A DNA stretch of 59,152 nt, from assembly GCA_016190505.1 (NCBI GenBank), contig JACPQM010000021.1, positions 1 to 59,152 of the forward strand, in the 5' to 3' direction. The position numbers were made by a program, and so were the translations under genes. This stretch comes from Chloroflexota bacterium. GTDB taxonomy: Bacteria > Chloroflexota > Dehalococcoidia > JACPQK01. The notes below the pieces were generated by a model that saw only the letters and a program-made list of their open reading frames with translations, did no database searches and was not told where the DNA came from. Positions 9,625-18,938 of the stretch are shown in pieces (position 1 is the stretch's first letter; every line of letters begins with the position of its first letter).

Positions 9625-9846
9625 CTATGCCTCCCGCCAGTACTTTCCAGACGTCTTGTACACAGTGACAAGATGCATCCCCTCGTCTCTTTGCTCGACT
9701 ACCAGTCTAAGGAGCATTTCCTTGCCCTCGTAACGGTCAAGGTAGCGGCTCTGGTAGGCCAGCCGTCCTCTTCTCAAGGGTATCACCTGTGCCAGGTTTC
9801 TGGCCACCTCCAACACAAGCTCCTCATCAATGTGTCGGCGCTCCAT
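9625..9846 (-). CDS. DUF4258-family protein (toxin-like)
   Basis: Start chosen at 'MERRHIDEELVLEVARNL...'. The longer ORF listed to 10086 would overlap glyQS. 3-bp spacing to the DUF2283 gene. Confidence 0.6.
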   Translation of the reverse strand: MERRHIDEELVLEVARNLAQVIPLRRGRLAYQSRYLDRYEGKEMLLRLVVEQRDEGMHLVTVYKTSGKYWREA

Positions 9847-9881
9847 CTCAAAGCGGGCGTGGTCGCCAATATGGAGGCTGG

Positions 9882-11438
9882 TCACAGCCCCAGCCTTTCC
9901 CGCAGCGCCGCCGCCAGCTCGGCCACGGGCACACGGACCTGGGACATGGTGTCGCGCTCGCGGATGGTCACCGCCTTGTCCTCCAGGGACTGGAAGTCCA
10001 CGGTGACGCAGTAGGGGGTGCCCTGCTCGTCCTGGCGACGGTAGCGCCGCCCGATGCTCTGGGCGTCGTCGTAGGCCACCGCCCATCCTGAGCCTGCCGA
10101 AGGAGCGCGTAGCTCCCGGGCGATGTCCCGGGCCATGTTCACCAGCGGCTCCTTACGGCTCAGGGGCAGCACCGCCACCTTGACCGGCGCCAGCGCCGGG
10201 TGCAGGCGGAGCACTACGCGCGCTTCCTCGGTGCCCGCCGGAGGCGGCTCCTCGTCGTAGGCATCTATGAGGAAGGCCAGCGTCGCTCGGTCCACCCCAC
10301 CCGAGGGCTCGATAACGTAGGGGACGATGTGCTCTCCCTTCTCTCCCGAGCCTGTCGAAGGATCGAAATAGGCCAGCTTCTTGCCGGAGGACCTGGCGTG
10401 CTGGGTGAGGTCGAAGTCGCCCCGGTTGGCAATGCCCTCCAGCTCGGCCCAGCCCCAGGGGAAGGTGAACTCCACGTCGTAGCAGTCCTTGGCGTAGTGG
10501 GCCAGCTCCTCCTTCTCGTGCTGGCGCAGGCGGAGGCTGTCCGGGCGCAGGCCCAGCTTGAGATACCAGCCCCGGCGCTGCTCCAGCCAGTACTGGAGCC
10601 AGCGCTCGCCCTCCTCGGGCCGGACGAAGTACTCCAGCTCCATCTGCTCGAACTCCCGGGAGCGGAAGGTGAGGTGGCCGGTGGTGATCTCGTTGCGGAA
10701 GGCCTTGCCCGTCTGGGCGATGCCGAAGGGCAGGCGCATCCGGCTGGAGGTAAGCACGTTGTCGAAGTTGGCGAAGATGCCCTGGGCGGTCTCCGGGCGC
10801 ATGTAGATGACGGCGGACTCGTCCTCCACCGGGCCCAGGAAGGTCTTGAACATCAGGTTGAACATGCGGGGCTCGGTGAGGCTGCCCACGGCGCCGCAGG
10901 CGGGGCAGGGCACGCGGTCGCGGTCGGCGAGATCCTTCACCAGCACAGGCTTGATCTCTGTCAGGCTCGCCTTGAGCAGCTTCTTCGCTCTGGGGGCCAT
11001 CTCGGCAGCGGCTTCCTCCGGAGTGGAGCCTTCGCCGGTCACCAGGACAGGCGCCCCGTCCTTGTCCTTCACCCCGTTCACAAAAGCGGCCCACAGGTGG
11101 TCGGCCCGGAAGCGCTGCTTGCACACCTTGCAGTCAATGAGTGGGTCGGCGAAGCCGGCCACGTGGCCCGAGGCGTGCCACACCTGGGGGTGCATCAGGA
11201 TGGCGGCGTCCAGGCCGACCACGTCGTCGCGCTCCTGTACCATGGCCCGCCACCAGGCGCGCTTGACGTTGTTCTTGAGCTCGACCCCCAGCGGGCCGTA
11301 GTCCCACACGCTGTTGAGGCCGCCGTAAATCTCGCTGCTCTGGAAGATGAAGCCCCGCCGCTTGCACAGCGAGGCGATCTTGTCCAGGTCCACCTGGGAA
11401 GGCGAGAGATAGCGGGTGACGGACTGGGTTGTAGCCAT
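9882..11438 (-). CDS. glyQS: Glycine--tRNA ligase, dimeric class II (alpha2) type
   Basis: 518 aa; colinear with GlyQS of Thermus/Actinobacteria/Chloroflexi ('RGFIFQSSEIYGG', 'FRNEITTGHLTFRSREFEQMELEYF', 'GIANRGDFDL'). Confidence 0.9.
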   Translation of the reverse strand: MATTQSVTRYLSPSQVDLDKIASLCKRRGFIFQSSEIYGGLNSVWDYGPLGVELKNNVKRAWWRAMVQERDDVVGLDAAILMHPQVWHASGHVAGFADPLIDCKVCKQRFRADHLWAAFVNGVKDKDGAPVLVTGEGSTPEEAAAEMAPRAKKLLKASLTEIKPVLVKDLADRDRVPCPACGAVGSLTEPRMFNLMFKTFLGPVEDESAVIYMRPETAQGIFANFDNVLTSSRMRLPFGIAQTGKAFRNEITTGHLTFRSREFEQMELEYFVRPEEGERWLQYWLEQRRGWYLKLGLRPDSLRLRQHEKEELAHYAKDCYDVEFTFPWGWAELEGIANRGDFDLTQHARSSGKKLAYFDPSTGSGEKGEHIVPYVIEPSGGVDRATLAFLIDAYDEEPPPAGTEEARVVLRLHPALAPVKVAVLPLSRKEPLVNMARDIARELRAPSAGSGWAVAYDDAQSIGRRYRRQDEQGTPYCVTVDFQSLEDKAVTIRERDTMSQVRVPVAELAAALRERLGL

Positions 11439-11592
11439 TCAGGGCCTCTTTCTATGCTGTTTGGGCTTGGTAGGTCCTGTCATAGCCCCGGCCTTCAGGC
11501 CGGGGCACGCGAACACAACGTTTGCAGCCAAAGATGGTCTCCGCGAACGAATCTTGGGTATATGTTATATCAGAACGAGGGTTGGGCACAGA

Positions 11593-11661
11593 GTAGGGGC
11601 GAAGCATCCGCAACAGACCTCTGGCAGAGCTCATTGGCCCATCCGGATGCTTCGCCCCTAC
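11593..11661. repeat. Long REP palindrome 'gtaggggcgaagcatccg...cggatgcttcgcccctac' in the glyQS leader
   Basis: 18-nt perfect arms separated by ~33 nt. A related copy lies at 41947-42018, and an isolated half-arm copy lies at ~49440-49465 with no inverted partner. Confidence 0.6.
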
Positions 11662-11729
11662 GATGGCCCACCCTCACCTCCTGCCACGGCAAGAGGGGAG
11701 ACCCTGGAGCCCGTAGCCCGTACCGCCCC

Positions 11730-11790
11730 TTGACGGGCGGGCGGCGCTCGGTTATTGTAAGCAAGGCACAAACCCCCTGGGTGGGGGTAT
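11730..11790 (+). promoter_or_regulatory. Sigma70-type promoter (TTGACG-17-TATTGT) plus downstream pseudo-palindromic operator 'ACCCCCTGGGTGGGGGTAT' (CsoR-like)
   Basis: Same architecture and near-identical operator as the sites at 12559-12622 and 21314-21378. Confidence 0.55.
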
Positions 11791-11837
11791 CGGCAGTGGG
11801 CAATGAACGCTGATTACAATGTCGAGGGTATGACGAC

Positions 11838-12512
11838 GTGCCAAAGAACAACACCAGGAAACGCGACAAGAAGCCCCGCCGGGGCAGGCGAATAGCCAGC
11901 GCCCTGCTCAACGCTGGCTTGATACTCCTGCTGGTGGTACTGACGCTTGCCCTGGGTGGAGCGCTGGCCCGCATCTTCGGCATATGGGGCGGCGACGAGG
12001 CGGACCACCAGGCTGCCCAGGCCGCTCAGCAGCTCCAGGACATAGCCACCGCCTCGGCTGTCCAGCAGGGGACGCCCGCACCCAACACCCCAGCAGGGCC
12101 ACCAAAGCGCATGGGGCCGGTGGAGGTCTCCACCACTGAGGTGGACCTGGGGCAGGTCCCCATCAGCCGGTGGGTGACCCCAAGCTTCAAGGTGCGTAAC
12201 GTCGGCCAGGCCCCTCTGGTGCTCATGTTCGACAACGTGGAGACCCTGGAGGGCTGCTGACCACCCATGCCAGTGGCGGGTCCCGCCACCACAGGCAACG
12301 TCTATGTCTTCAACAACATGCAAGGCACCCCCCTGCCCCGGCCGGTCATGGGCAGCCTCGACCCGCAACAGGAGGTAGAGGTCTGGCTTCAGATGTCCAT
12401 GGACCCGGGCATGGCCGGACCCCACCACTTCCGCCTCAAGGTATACCTGGCCGAGGAAAGTGGCCAGGAGTACCCGCCCCTGGAGTTCCACGTCAAGGGA
12501 ATGTTCGGATAA
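11838..12512 (+). CDS. Membrane-anchored DUF1573-like protein interrupted by an in-frame TGA at 12258-12260 (candidate selenocysteine codon or pseudogene)
   Basis: ORFs 11838-12260 and 12267-12512 are in the same frame: '...FDNVETLEGC-TGA-PPMPVAGPATTGNVYVF...'. N-terminal basic tail plus TM helix. 'VDLGQVPISRWVTPSFKVRNVGQAPLVLMFDNVETLEGC' resembles the DUF1573 fold, which carries a 'SCGCT' motif at this position. A 7-bp-stem/3-nt-loop (GUC) hairpin lies 13 nt downstream of the TGA. Confidence 0.4.
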
Positions 12513-12533
12513 GCACAGATTGCCGATGCTTCC

Positions 12534-12559
12534 GTAGGGGCGACCGGCCGGTCGCCCCT
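12534..12559. repeat. REP hairpin 'gtaggggcgaccggccggtcgcccct'
   Basis: Perfect palindrome; further copies at 19382-19409 and 19450-19477 (variant), and relatives at 28064-28091, 29990-30150 and 32095-32250. Confidence 0.6.
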
Positions 12560-12622
12560 TGACAGTACCGTCGGCAAGGGCTAGTATGTAGTCGTAAACC
12601 CTCACCCCCTGGGTGTGGGTAT
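12559..12622 (+). promoter_or_regulatory. Sigma70-type promoter (TTGACA-17-TAGTAT) plus operator 'CACCCCCTGGGTGTGGGTAT' upstream of csoR-copA
   Basis: The operator sits between -10 and the SD/ATG of csoR. Matches the GC-rich ATACCCC-N-GGGGTAT type of CsoR-family operators. Confidence 0.6.
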
Positions 12623-12631
12623 GGAGGCAGG

Positions 12632-12898
12632 ATGAAGCCGGAGACCAAGGCAGACGCCTTGAAGCGCCTGAACTACATAGAGGGGCACCTGAGCGGGGTG
12701 CGCCGCATGATCGAGCAGGACCAGTACTGCGTGGACGTGCTCAAGCAGATGTACGCCGTGCGCCAGGCCATTCGCAAGCTGGAGGCGCTCATTCTGGATG
12801 GCCACCTGCACACCTGCGTCGTCCACGGCATCCGGGACAACCGGGAGGAGCAGGTGGTCAACGAGCTACTCGACCTGTACAACCTGGCCGAGAAATAG
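12632..12898 (+). CDS. csoR: Copper-sensing transcriptional repressor CsoR (DUF156 family)
   Basis: 88 aa; DUF156 core 'YIEGHLSGVRRMIEQDQYCVDVLKQ...LDGHLHTCV' with a C...H...C ligand set typical of CsoR (rather than RcnR). Directly upstream of copA. Confidence 0.85.
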   Translation: MKPETKADALKRLNYIEGHLSGVRRMIEQDQYCVDVLKQMYAVRQAIRKLEALILDGHLHTCVVHGIRDNREEQVVNELLDLYNLAEK

Positions 12899-12907
12899 AG
12901 GGGCATT

Positions 12908-15478
12908 TTGGGCGAAACCAAACGTGCAGACGGCGTAGGGGCGCACGGCCGTGCGCCCCTACAGATGCCCATACGGGGCATGACTTGCGCCTCCTGCGTG
13001 GCCACCGTGGAAGGCGCCTTGAAGAGCGTGCCCGGCGTCAGCGCGGCCGTGGTCAACCTGGCCTCGGAGAAGGCGGCGGTGGAGATCAGCGATCCGCAGA
13101 AGGCCAACCTGCCCGAGCTGGTCAAGGCCGTCCACGAGGTAGGCTACGAGGTGGGCACTGAGAAGGTCACCATCTCCGTGGGAGATATGACCTGCGCCTC
13201 CTGTGTGGAGCACGTGGAAGGCGCTCTCCGCGAGCTGGCCGGGGTCACCCGGGCCGTGGTCAATCTGCCCACCGAGCGCGCCGCCGTGGAGTACATCCCC
13301 GGCCTGGTCGGCGTCGCCGACTTCCGGCATGCCATCGAGGATGTCGGCTACAAGTTCCAGGGCCTGGTGGAGGAGGGGGCCGCCGCTCTCGATAGAGAGC
13401 GCGAGGCCCGCCAGAAGGAGATCAGCCGCCAGCGCCGGAACCTGATCATCTCCTGGGCCCTAGGCCTGGTGATCATGGTGGGCACCTTCCAGCCGTACTG
13501 GTTCCTGCCCAGGGTCGTGCCCGCGTTCATGAACAATAAGATATTCCTGTTCTTCCTGACCACACCTATCGTCTTCGGGCCGGGCCGCCAGTTCTTCATC
13601 AACTCCTGGAATGGTCTCAAGCGCGGCCTGACCGACATGAACCTCCTCTACGCCACGGGAATCGGCGCCGCCTACCTTATCGCCGTCATCAACACCTTCT
13701 TCCCCGATGCCGGCTTCGGCGGGCGGGAGGCCACCTTCTACGAGGCGGCTGCCCTGCTCACCGCCTTCATCATCCTGGGCCGCTACCTGGAGGCGGTGAC
13801 CCGGGGGCGCACCTCCGAGGCCATCCGCCGCCTGATGAAGCTCCAGCCCAAGCGGGCACGGGTGCTCCGCGACGGACAGGAGGTCGAGGTCGCTGCCGAG
13901 GAAGTGCAGATAGACGACCTCTTGCTGGTCCGGCCCGGCGAGGCCATCCCCGTGGACGGCATGGTCACCGAAGGCTACTCCTCGGTGGACCAGTCCATGA
14001 TTACCGGGGAGAGTATCCCCGTAGAGAAGAAGGGGGGGGACGAGGTCATCGGGGGCACCATCAACAAGACCGGCGCCTTCAGGTTCCGGGCCACCCGCGT
14101 GGGCAAGGATACCGCCCTGGCCCAGATCATCAAGCTGGTGGAGGAGGCCCAGACCACCAAGGCCCCCATCCAGAAGATCGCCGACAAGGTGGCCGGCCAC
14201 TTCATCCTGGGGGTACACGCCCTCTCCCTGGCCGTGTTCCTGTTCTGGTTCTTCGTGGGCTTCGGCCTGTGGTTCAGCCCCGAGAGCCGCCTCATCCTTA
14301 CCCCCTACATGCTCACAGGTCTGGGCGTGTTCGGCTTCGCTCTACTGGTGTCGGTGACCGTGCTGGTTATCTCCTGCCCCTGCGCCGTGGGACTGGCCAC
14401 GCCTAGCGCGGTGATGGCGGGCACGGGCAAGGCCGCCGAGTACGGAATCCTGTTCAAGGGCGCCGACGCCCTGGAGAGCACCGCCCGCCTCCAGGTGGTC
14501 ATCTTTGACAAGACGGGCACCCTGACCAAGGGCGAGCCTTCCGTCACCGACGTGGTGGCCGTGGGCCGGAGCGAGCAGGAGGTGCTGCGCCTGGCCGCGG
14601 TGGCGGAGAAGAACTCGGAGCACCCGCTGGGCGAGGCCATCGTTCGAGGCGCCCGGGCCACAGGCATGGAGGTCCAGGACGCCGACGGCTTCGAGGCCAT
14701 CCCCGGCCACGGGGTCGAGGCCCGACTGAATGGCCGGACGGTCCTGCTGGGCAACCGCCGCCTTATGGCCCAGAGGAACGTCTCCCTGGACGGCCTGATG
14801 CCCCAGGCCGAGCGACTGGAAGGCGAGGGCAAGACCGCCATGTTCGTGGCCGTGGACGGCCAGCCCGCCGGTATCGTGGCCGTGGCCGACACTCTCAAGG
14901 AGACCTCCGCCCAGGCCGTCAAGGAACTCCACCGCATGGGCCTCCAGGTAGCCATGATCACCGGCGACAACCGCCGTACCGCCGATGCCATCGCCCGCCA
15001 GGTGGGCATTGACCGGGTGCTGGCCGAGGTGCTCCCCGAGGACAAGGCCAGCGAGGTGAAGAAGCTCCAGGCCGAGGGCCTCAAGGTGGCCATGGTGGGC
15101 GACGGCATCAACGACGCCCCTGCCCTGGCCCAGGCCGACTCCGGCATCGCCATCGGCTCGGGCACCGACGTGGCCAAGGAGACGGGCCACGTCATCCTGG
15201 TCAAGGACGACCTCATGGATGTGGTGGCAGCCATCCAGGTGGCCCGGCAGACCCTGCGCCTGATCAAACAGAACCTGGGCTGGGCCTTCGGCTACAATAC
15301 CGCGGCCATACCCATCGGGGCGGGCTTGCTCTACCCCTTCTTCTCCCAAGTGGTCAGCCCGGAGCTGGCCGCGCTGCTTATGGCCACCAGCTCCCTGTCG
15401 GTGACCATGAACACCCTGCGCATGAGGGGCTACATACCGCCCATCCGGCGGGCGCGGCTGGCGGAGGCGAAGGCATGA
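12908..15478 (+). CDS. copA: Copper-translocating P1B-type ATPase with two N-terminal HMA domains
   Basis: 856 aa; 2x 'GMTCASCV'; '[11 protein letters not shown]' (CPC), 'DKTGTLT', 'GDGINDAP'. Confidence 0.93.
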   Translation: MGETKRADGVGAHGRAPLQMPIRGMTCASCVATVEGALKSVPGVSAAVVNLASEKAAVEISDPQKANLPELVKAVHEVGYEVGTEKVTISVGDMTCASCVEHVEGALRELAGVTRAVVNLPTERAAVEYIPGLVGVADFRHAIEDVGYKFQGLVEEGAAALDREREARQKEISRQRRNLIISWALGLVIMVGTFQPYWFLPRVVPAFMNNKIFLFFLTTPIVFGPGRQFFINSWNGLKRGLTDMNLLYATGIGAAYLIAVINTFFPDAGFGGREATFYEAAALLTAFIILGRYLEAVTRGRTSEAIRRLMKLQPKRARVLRDGQEVEVAAEEVQIDDLLLVRPGEAIPVDGMVTEGYSSVDQSMITGESIPVEKKGGDEVIGGTINKTGAFRFRATRVGKDTALAQIIKLVEEAQTTKAPIQKIADKVAGHFILGVHALSLAVFLFWFFVGFGLWFSPESRLILTPYMLTGLGVFGFALLVSVTVLVISCPCAVGLATPSAVMAGTGKAAEYGILFKGADALESTARLQVVIFDKTGTLTKGEPSVTDVVAVGRSEQEVLRLAAVAEKNSEHPLGEAIVRGARATGMEVQDADGFEAIPGHGVEARLNGRTVLLGNRRLMAQRNVSLDGLMPQAERLEGEGKTAMFVAVDGQPAGIVAVADTLKETSAQAVKELHRMGLQVAMITGDNRRTADAIARQVGIDRVLAEVLPEDKASEVKKLQAEGLKVAMVGDGINDAPALAQADSGIAIGSGTDVAKETGHVILVKDDLMDVVAAIQVARQTLRLIKQNLGWAFGYNTAAIPIGAGLLYPFFSQVVSPELAALLMATSSLSVTMNTLRMRGYIPPIRRARLAEAKA

Positions 15479-15672
15479 GTGCCAGCGTGATTGGCGCCGT
15501 CATCTACCTGGGCATCTCGCTGGTGGCGGCCCTGGTCTTCTTCGCCATCACCCTGGCCGGAGACTACACCTGGGTGGCCCGCATTGGCGGCAGCCTGTGG
15601 ATCTTCATGCTGGGCAACATCGTGCTCATGCCCCTAGTCATCCCCAGGGTGAAGAGGTGGCGGGGAGGCTAG
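15475..15672 (+). CDS. Small two-TM membrane protein, translationally coupled to copA (ATGA overlap)
   Basis: 65 aa, hydrophobic; start overlaps the copA stop. Confidence 0.4.
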   Translation: MSASVIGAVIYLGISLVAALVFFAITLAGDYTWVARIGGSLWIFMLGNIVLMPLVIPRVKRWRGG

Positions 15673-15710
15673 CGTGGTAAGCATCGCTTGAGGGCAACAG
15701 GAGCCATAAG

Positions 15711-15980
15711 ATGCCCGTAATATCAATGTTCTATGGCATAATAGTTCAACTGTTCTTCTTCGATACAGACAAACATAATAGCCCGCACATTCACGTGAGA
15801 TATGCTGAGTTCACCGCTTCTATTGACATACACACAGCAGGAATCTTGGATGGAGACATCCCTCTGCGCCAACTTAGACTAGTCCAGGCATGGGTGGAAA
15901 TCCACCGCGATGAATTGATGGCTGACTGGGCTCTTGCCGTGGAGGGCAACACTCCGTTCAAGATTGAACCTCTGAAATAG
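15711..15980 (+). CDS. DUF4160-family protein
   Basis: 89 aa; 'HNSPHIHVRYAEF' motif; markedly AT-richer than its surroundings. Confidence 0.68.
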   Translation: MPVISMFYGIIVQLFFFDTDKHNSPHIHVRYAEFTASIDIHTAGILDGDIPLRQLRLVQAWVEIHRDELMADWALAVEGNTPFKIEPLK

Positions 15981-15990
15981 GGGGTAGTGA

Positions 15991-16227
15991 ATGATCCCAG
16001 ACGTGGTTGACTTTGAAATCCTGCCAGACTACCGGCTAAGGGTGACCCTGTCAAATGGCCGTAAAGGGGTGTTCGACGTGAAGCCATACCTTGACCGAGG
16101 AATTTTCACTGAACTGAAGGACTACAACTACTTCAGAAGGGGCAAAATCGCTTTCGGGACAATTACCTGGCCGAACGAACAGGACTTCAGCCCGGAGACA
16201 ATAGAAGCGAGGATGGAAGGGGAATGA
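15991..16227 (+). CDS. DUF2442-family protein (usual partner of DUF4160)
   Basis: 78 aa; 'LPDYRLRVTLSNGRKGVFDVKPYL'; AT-rich. The DUF4160/DUF2442 gene pair is a recurrent two-gene cassette. Confidence 0.68.
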   Translation: MIPDVVDFEILPDYRLRVTLSNGRKGVFDVKPYLDRGIFTELKDYNYFRRGKIAFGTITWPNEQDFSPETIEARMEGE

Positions 16228-16299
16228 GAAGGGGCTGGGGAGCGTAGGCATGGTAAGCCTCGCCCGGCGCAAGCCGCTTGTTGGAAAGGGTGTTTAGCT

Positions 16300-16923
16300 G
16301 TGGAACAGTGCCCCGAACCATTCGTAGTCCGGCTCGTCCGGCCCCCACTCCATATGATTCTCTGTGAGGGCTTGCGCAAGCGCACTGCCAGAGACTTTCA
16401 GGGTGTGATCGCTCAACTACTTCGGGAGATTGGTGGTGATGTGACGCCCGGGCCGATAGGAGCGGACGAAGGGGTAGACCTGCTGTGGAAGGCCACCGAC
16501 GGAGAGTTCATCGTCCAATGCAAGAAATGGAAGGCCAAAGTCGGTGTTCCTGTCGTGCGAGAGGTCTTCGGGGCGGCTATGCGGCACAAGTCCGCAGGTG
16601 CCATCATCGTGACCACAAGCGAGTTCACCGATGCAGCCAAAGACTGGACAATTGACCTCCGCATACCGCTTAGGCTGGTGGATGGCAAGCAGTTGTTTGA
16701 CTTGATGGACCAACGCATGCCAACTTTCGTGGCGAACGTCTTCAAAGAGGCCAATGTGGCTAGGTGCCCAGTGTGTGGGGATGGCGTGGACCTCCGCCTA
16801 GCCAAGGTATCCACGTCCTACGAGAACAAAGCGTATTACTTCTGGGCCGAGACTTGCCTCCGGTTGTTCCAGAGGGAACCCGGTCGCTTCGTCGGTGTGA
16901 AGTCTCCCAGAGCAGAAGGCTAG
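16300..16923 (+). CDS. Fusion protein: Mrr_cat-like restriction-endonuclease domain plus C-terminal YHS/TRASH metal-binding domain
   Basis: 'GADEGVDLLWKATDGEFIVQCKKWKAKVGVPVVREVFGA' (Mrr_cat: D..D...QCK), then 'CPVCGDGVDLRLAKVSTSYENKAYYFWAETC...FQREPGRF' (YHS-like). Confidence 0.55.
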   Translation: MEQCPEPFVVRLVRPPLHMILCEGLRKRTARDFQGVIAQLLREIGGDVTPGPIGADEGVDLLWKATDGEFIVQCKKWKAKVGVPVVREVFGAAMRHKSAGAIIVTTSEFTDAAKDWTIDLRIPLRLVDGKQLFDLMDQRMPTFVANVFKEANVARCPVCGDGVDLRLAKVSTSYENKAYYFWAETCLRLFQREPGRFVGVKSPRAEG

Positions 16924-16924
16924 C

Positions 16925-18058
16925 GTGGTCAGCATCGCCCGGCGCAACCTCTTCGCCGAACGGGGCCGCCTGTTCATAAGCGTGGGTGGGGTGGCCTTCG
17001 CCGTGTTGCTTATCCTGACGCTCTTGGGCCTCTATCGCGGCTTCACCAGGGCCTTCACCCTCTACATTGACAACGTCAAGGTGGACCTGTGGGTAGCCCA
17101 GCAGGGGGCCCGGGCCGACATGATGCACTCGGTGTCCCTGATGCCCCGGGGTACTCAAGGCAAGCTCGAAGCCGTGCCTGGAGTTGAGGAAGTGCACCCC
17201 TTCATCGGGCGCTCGGTGGTCTTTCCCTGGAAGGGAGAGGCTGTGAGCACCTACCTGGTGGGGTACGACGTGGACTCCAACCTGGGAGGGCCGCTCCGAG
17301 TGGCCCAAGGGAAAGCTGAGCCGGGGCCCGGAGAGATCATCGTTGACAAGGTATTCTCCCGCAACAAAGGGATCAGCCTGGGCGACCGGCTGCCCATCGG
17401 AGGGTCGCTGAGGGCGGACAGCAGTCCGCCCCTACAGGTGGTGGGCGTCGCCGAGGGCGGCAACACGGGCCTCTTCCAGTTTTCCTTCGTCTCCCGAAAC
17501 GAGGCCGAAAGTCTGTTGCAGATGACGGGCTTCGCCAACTACTTCCTGGTGCACCTGGACAGGGGCCAGGACCCGGCCCAAGCCGCGGCGCGCATCGAGG
17601 CGGCAGCCCCTGGGGTGAAGGCATTCACCGTTTCGGCCTTCTCCGAGAGCAACCGCGAGCTGCTCACCGAGATCTTCCTGCCTATCATCGCCGTCCTGGT
17701 GCTCATCGGTTTCGGCGTGGGCACCGTAGTGATAGGGCTGACCATATACACCGCCACCATGGAGAAGTCCCGGGAGTATGGCGTGCTCAAGGCCATCGGG
17801 GCAACCAACCGCCGCCTTTACCGGATAGTCCTGGAGCAGGCGATCATATCGGACATGCTGGGCTATGCCCTGGGAGTGGTGCTGGCCTTTGTCGTGGTCG
17901 GAGCGGCCGAGCGGTTCGTGCCCGTGTTCGTGGCCGACCTCCAAGTCCTGGACCTGGCGGCAGCACTGGGCATTGCCCTGCTCATGGGCGGACTGGCGTC
18001 ATACTTCCCGGTGAGCCGGCTGGTGCGCCTGGACCCCGCCCTGGTGTTTCGAGCGTAG
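16925..18058 (+). CDS. ABC transporter permease, FtsX/MacB-like
   Basis: 377 aa; N-terminal TM, large periplasmic domain, three C-terminal TMs; followed by its ATPase. Confidence 0.78.
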   Translation: MVSIARRNLFAERGRLFISVGGVAFAVLLILTLLGLYRGFTRAFTLYIDNVKVDLWVAQQGARADMMHSVSLMPRGTQGKLEAVPGVEEVHPFIGRSVVFPWKGEAVSTYLVGYDVDSNLGGPLRVAQGKAEPGPGEIIVDKVFSRNKGISLGDRLPIGGSLRADSSPPLQVVGVAEGGNTGLFQFSFVSRNEAESLLQMTGFANYFLVHLDRGQDPAQAAARIEAAAPGVKAFTVSAFSESNRELLTEIFLPIIAVLVLIGFGVGTVVIGLTIYTATMEKSREYGVLKAIGATNRRLYRIVLEQAIISDMLGYALGVVLAFVVVGAAERFVPVFVADLQVLDLAAALGIALLMGGLASYFPVSRLVRLDPALVFRA

Positions 18059-18059
18059 C

Positions 18060-18905
18060 ATGGCCACCGATACGGTACTCGAGCTGGTGGGCGTGACCCG
18101 GGTGTTCGGGGAAGGCGCCGGGCAGGTGGTGGCTGTGGAGAGGGCGGACCTACGGGTCGGGAAGGGGGAGTTGCTGCTTATCATGGGCCCCTCGGGCTCG
18201 GGGAAGACCACGCTCCTCACCATGGCCGGGGGCTTGCTCCCGCCCACCTCGGGCCACATCCGCCTGGGCGGCCGCGACCTCACCGCTCTGTCCGATGGAG
18301 AACTCTCCCGCCTGCGGCAGCAGCACATCGGCTTTGTCTTCCAGTCGTTCAACCTGCTGGCCGCCCTGACCGCGCTGGAGAATGTCGAGGTGGCCCTGGG
18401 GCTAGCGGGCAGGGACGGTCAGGGCGCCAAACGGGAGGCCCGCCGTCTGCTGGAGGACCTGGGCCTGGGACACCGCCTCCACCATCACCCGCGAGACCTG
18501 TCAGGTGGGGAGAAGCAGCGGGTATCCGTGGCCCGCGCCCTGGCCAACAACCCCGAGCTGGTGCTGGCCGACGAGCCTACCGCCAACCTGGACTCGCAGA
18601 AGGGCCGTGAGGTGGTAGAGCTGCTGCGCAAGGTGGCCAAGGAAATGGGCAAGACGGTCATCGTGGTCAGCCACGACCACCGCATTCGGGAGCTGGCGGA
18701 CCGGGTGCTGTGGCTGGAGGACGGCAAGCTCAAAGAGATGGAGGTACACCGGGACCCGGTCTGCGGCATGGAGATAGACCCCGCCCGGGCCAAGGCCAGC
18801 CTGGCGTACGAGGGCAAAGTCTACTACTTCTGTGCCGCAGGCTGTCTCCAGTTGTTCCAGAAGGACCCCGGTCAGTTCTTGGCGTCACAGTCATCCGCCC
18901 TGTGA
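18060..18905 (+). CDS. ABC transporter ATP-binding protein (MacB/LolD-like) fused to a C-terminal YHS metal-binding domain
   Basis: Walker A 'GPSGSGKTT', signature 'LSGGEKQRVSVARAL', Walker B 'LVLADEPT'. C-terminal 'DPVCGMEIDPARAKASLAYEGKVYYFCAAGC...FQKDPGQF'. Confidence 0.85.
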   Translation: MATDTVLELVGVTRVFGEGAGQVVAVERADLRVGKGELLLIMGPSGSGKTTLLTMAGGLLPPTSGHIRLGGRDLTALSDGELSRLRQQHIGFVFQSFNLLAALTALENVEVALGLAGRDGQGAKREARRLLEDLGLGHRLHHHPRDLSGGEKQRVSVARALANNPELVLADEPTANLDSQKGREVVELLRKVAKEMGKTVIVVSHDHRIRELADRVLWLEDGKLKEMEVHRDPVCGMEIDPARAKASLAYEGKVYYFCAAGCLQLFQKDPGQFLASQSSAL

Positions 18906-18938
18906 GGGCAACATTCACCGTTAGGAGGGACAAGACAA

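Noticed and set aside
9625-10086. Full 153-aa version of the DUF4258 ORF
   Set aside because: The N-terminal 80 aa are Gly/Arg/Pro-rich and would overlap the glyQS 3-prime end by 200 nt. The conserved domain begins at the internal Met (9846).
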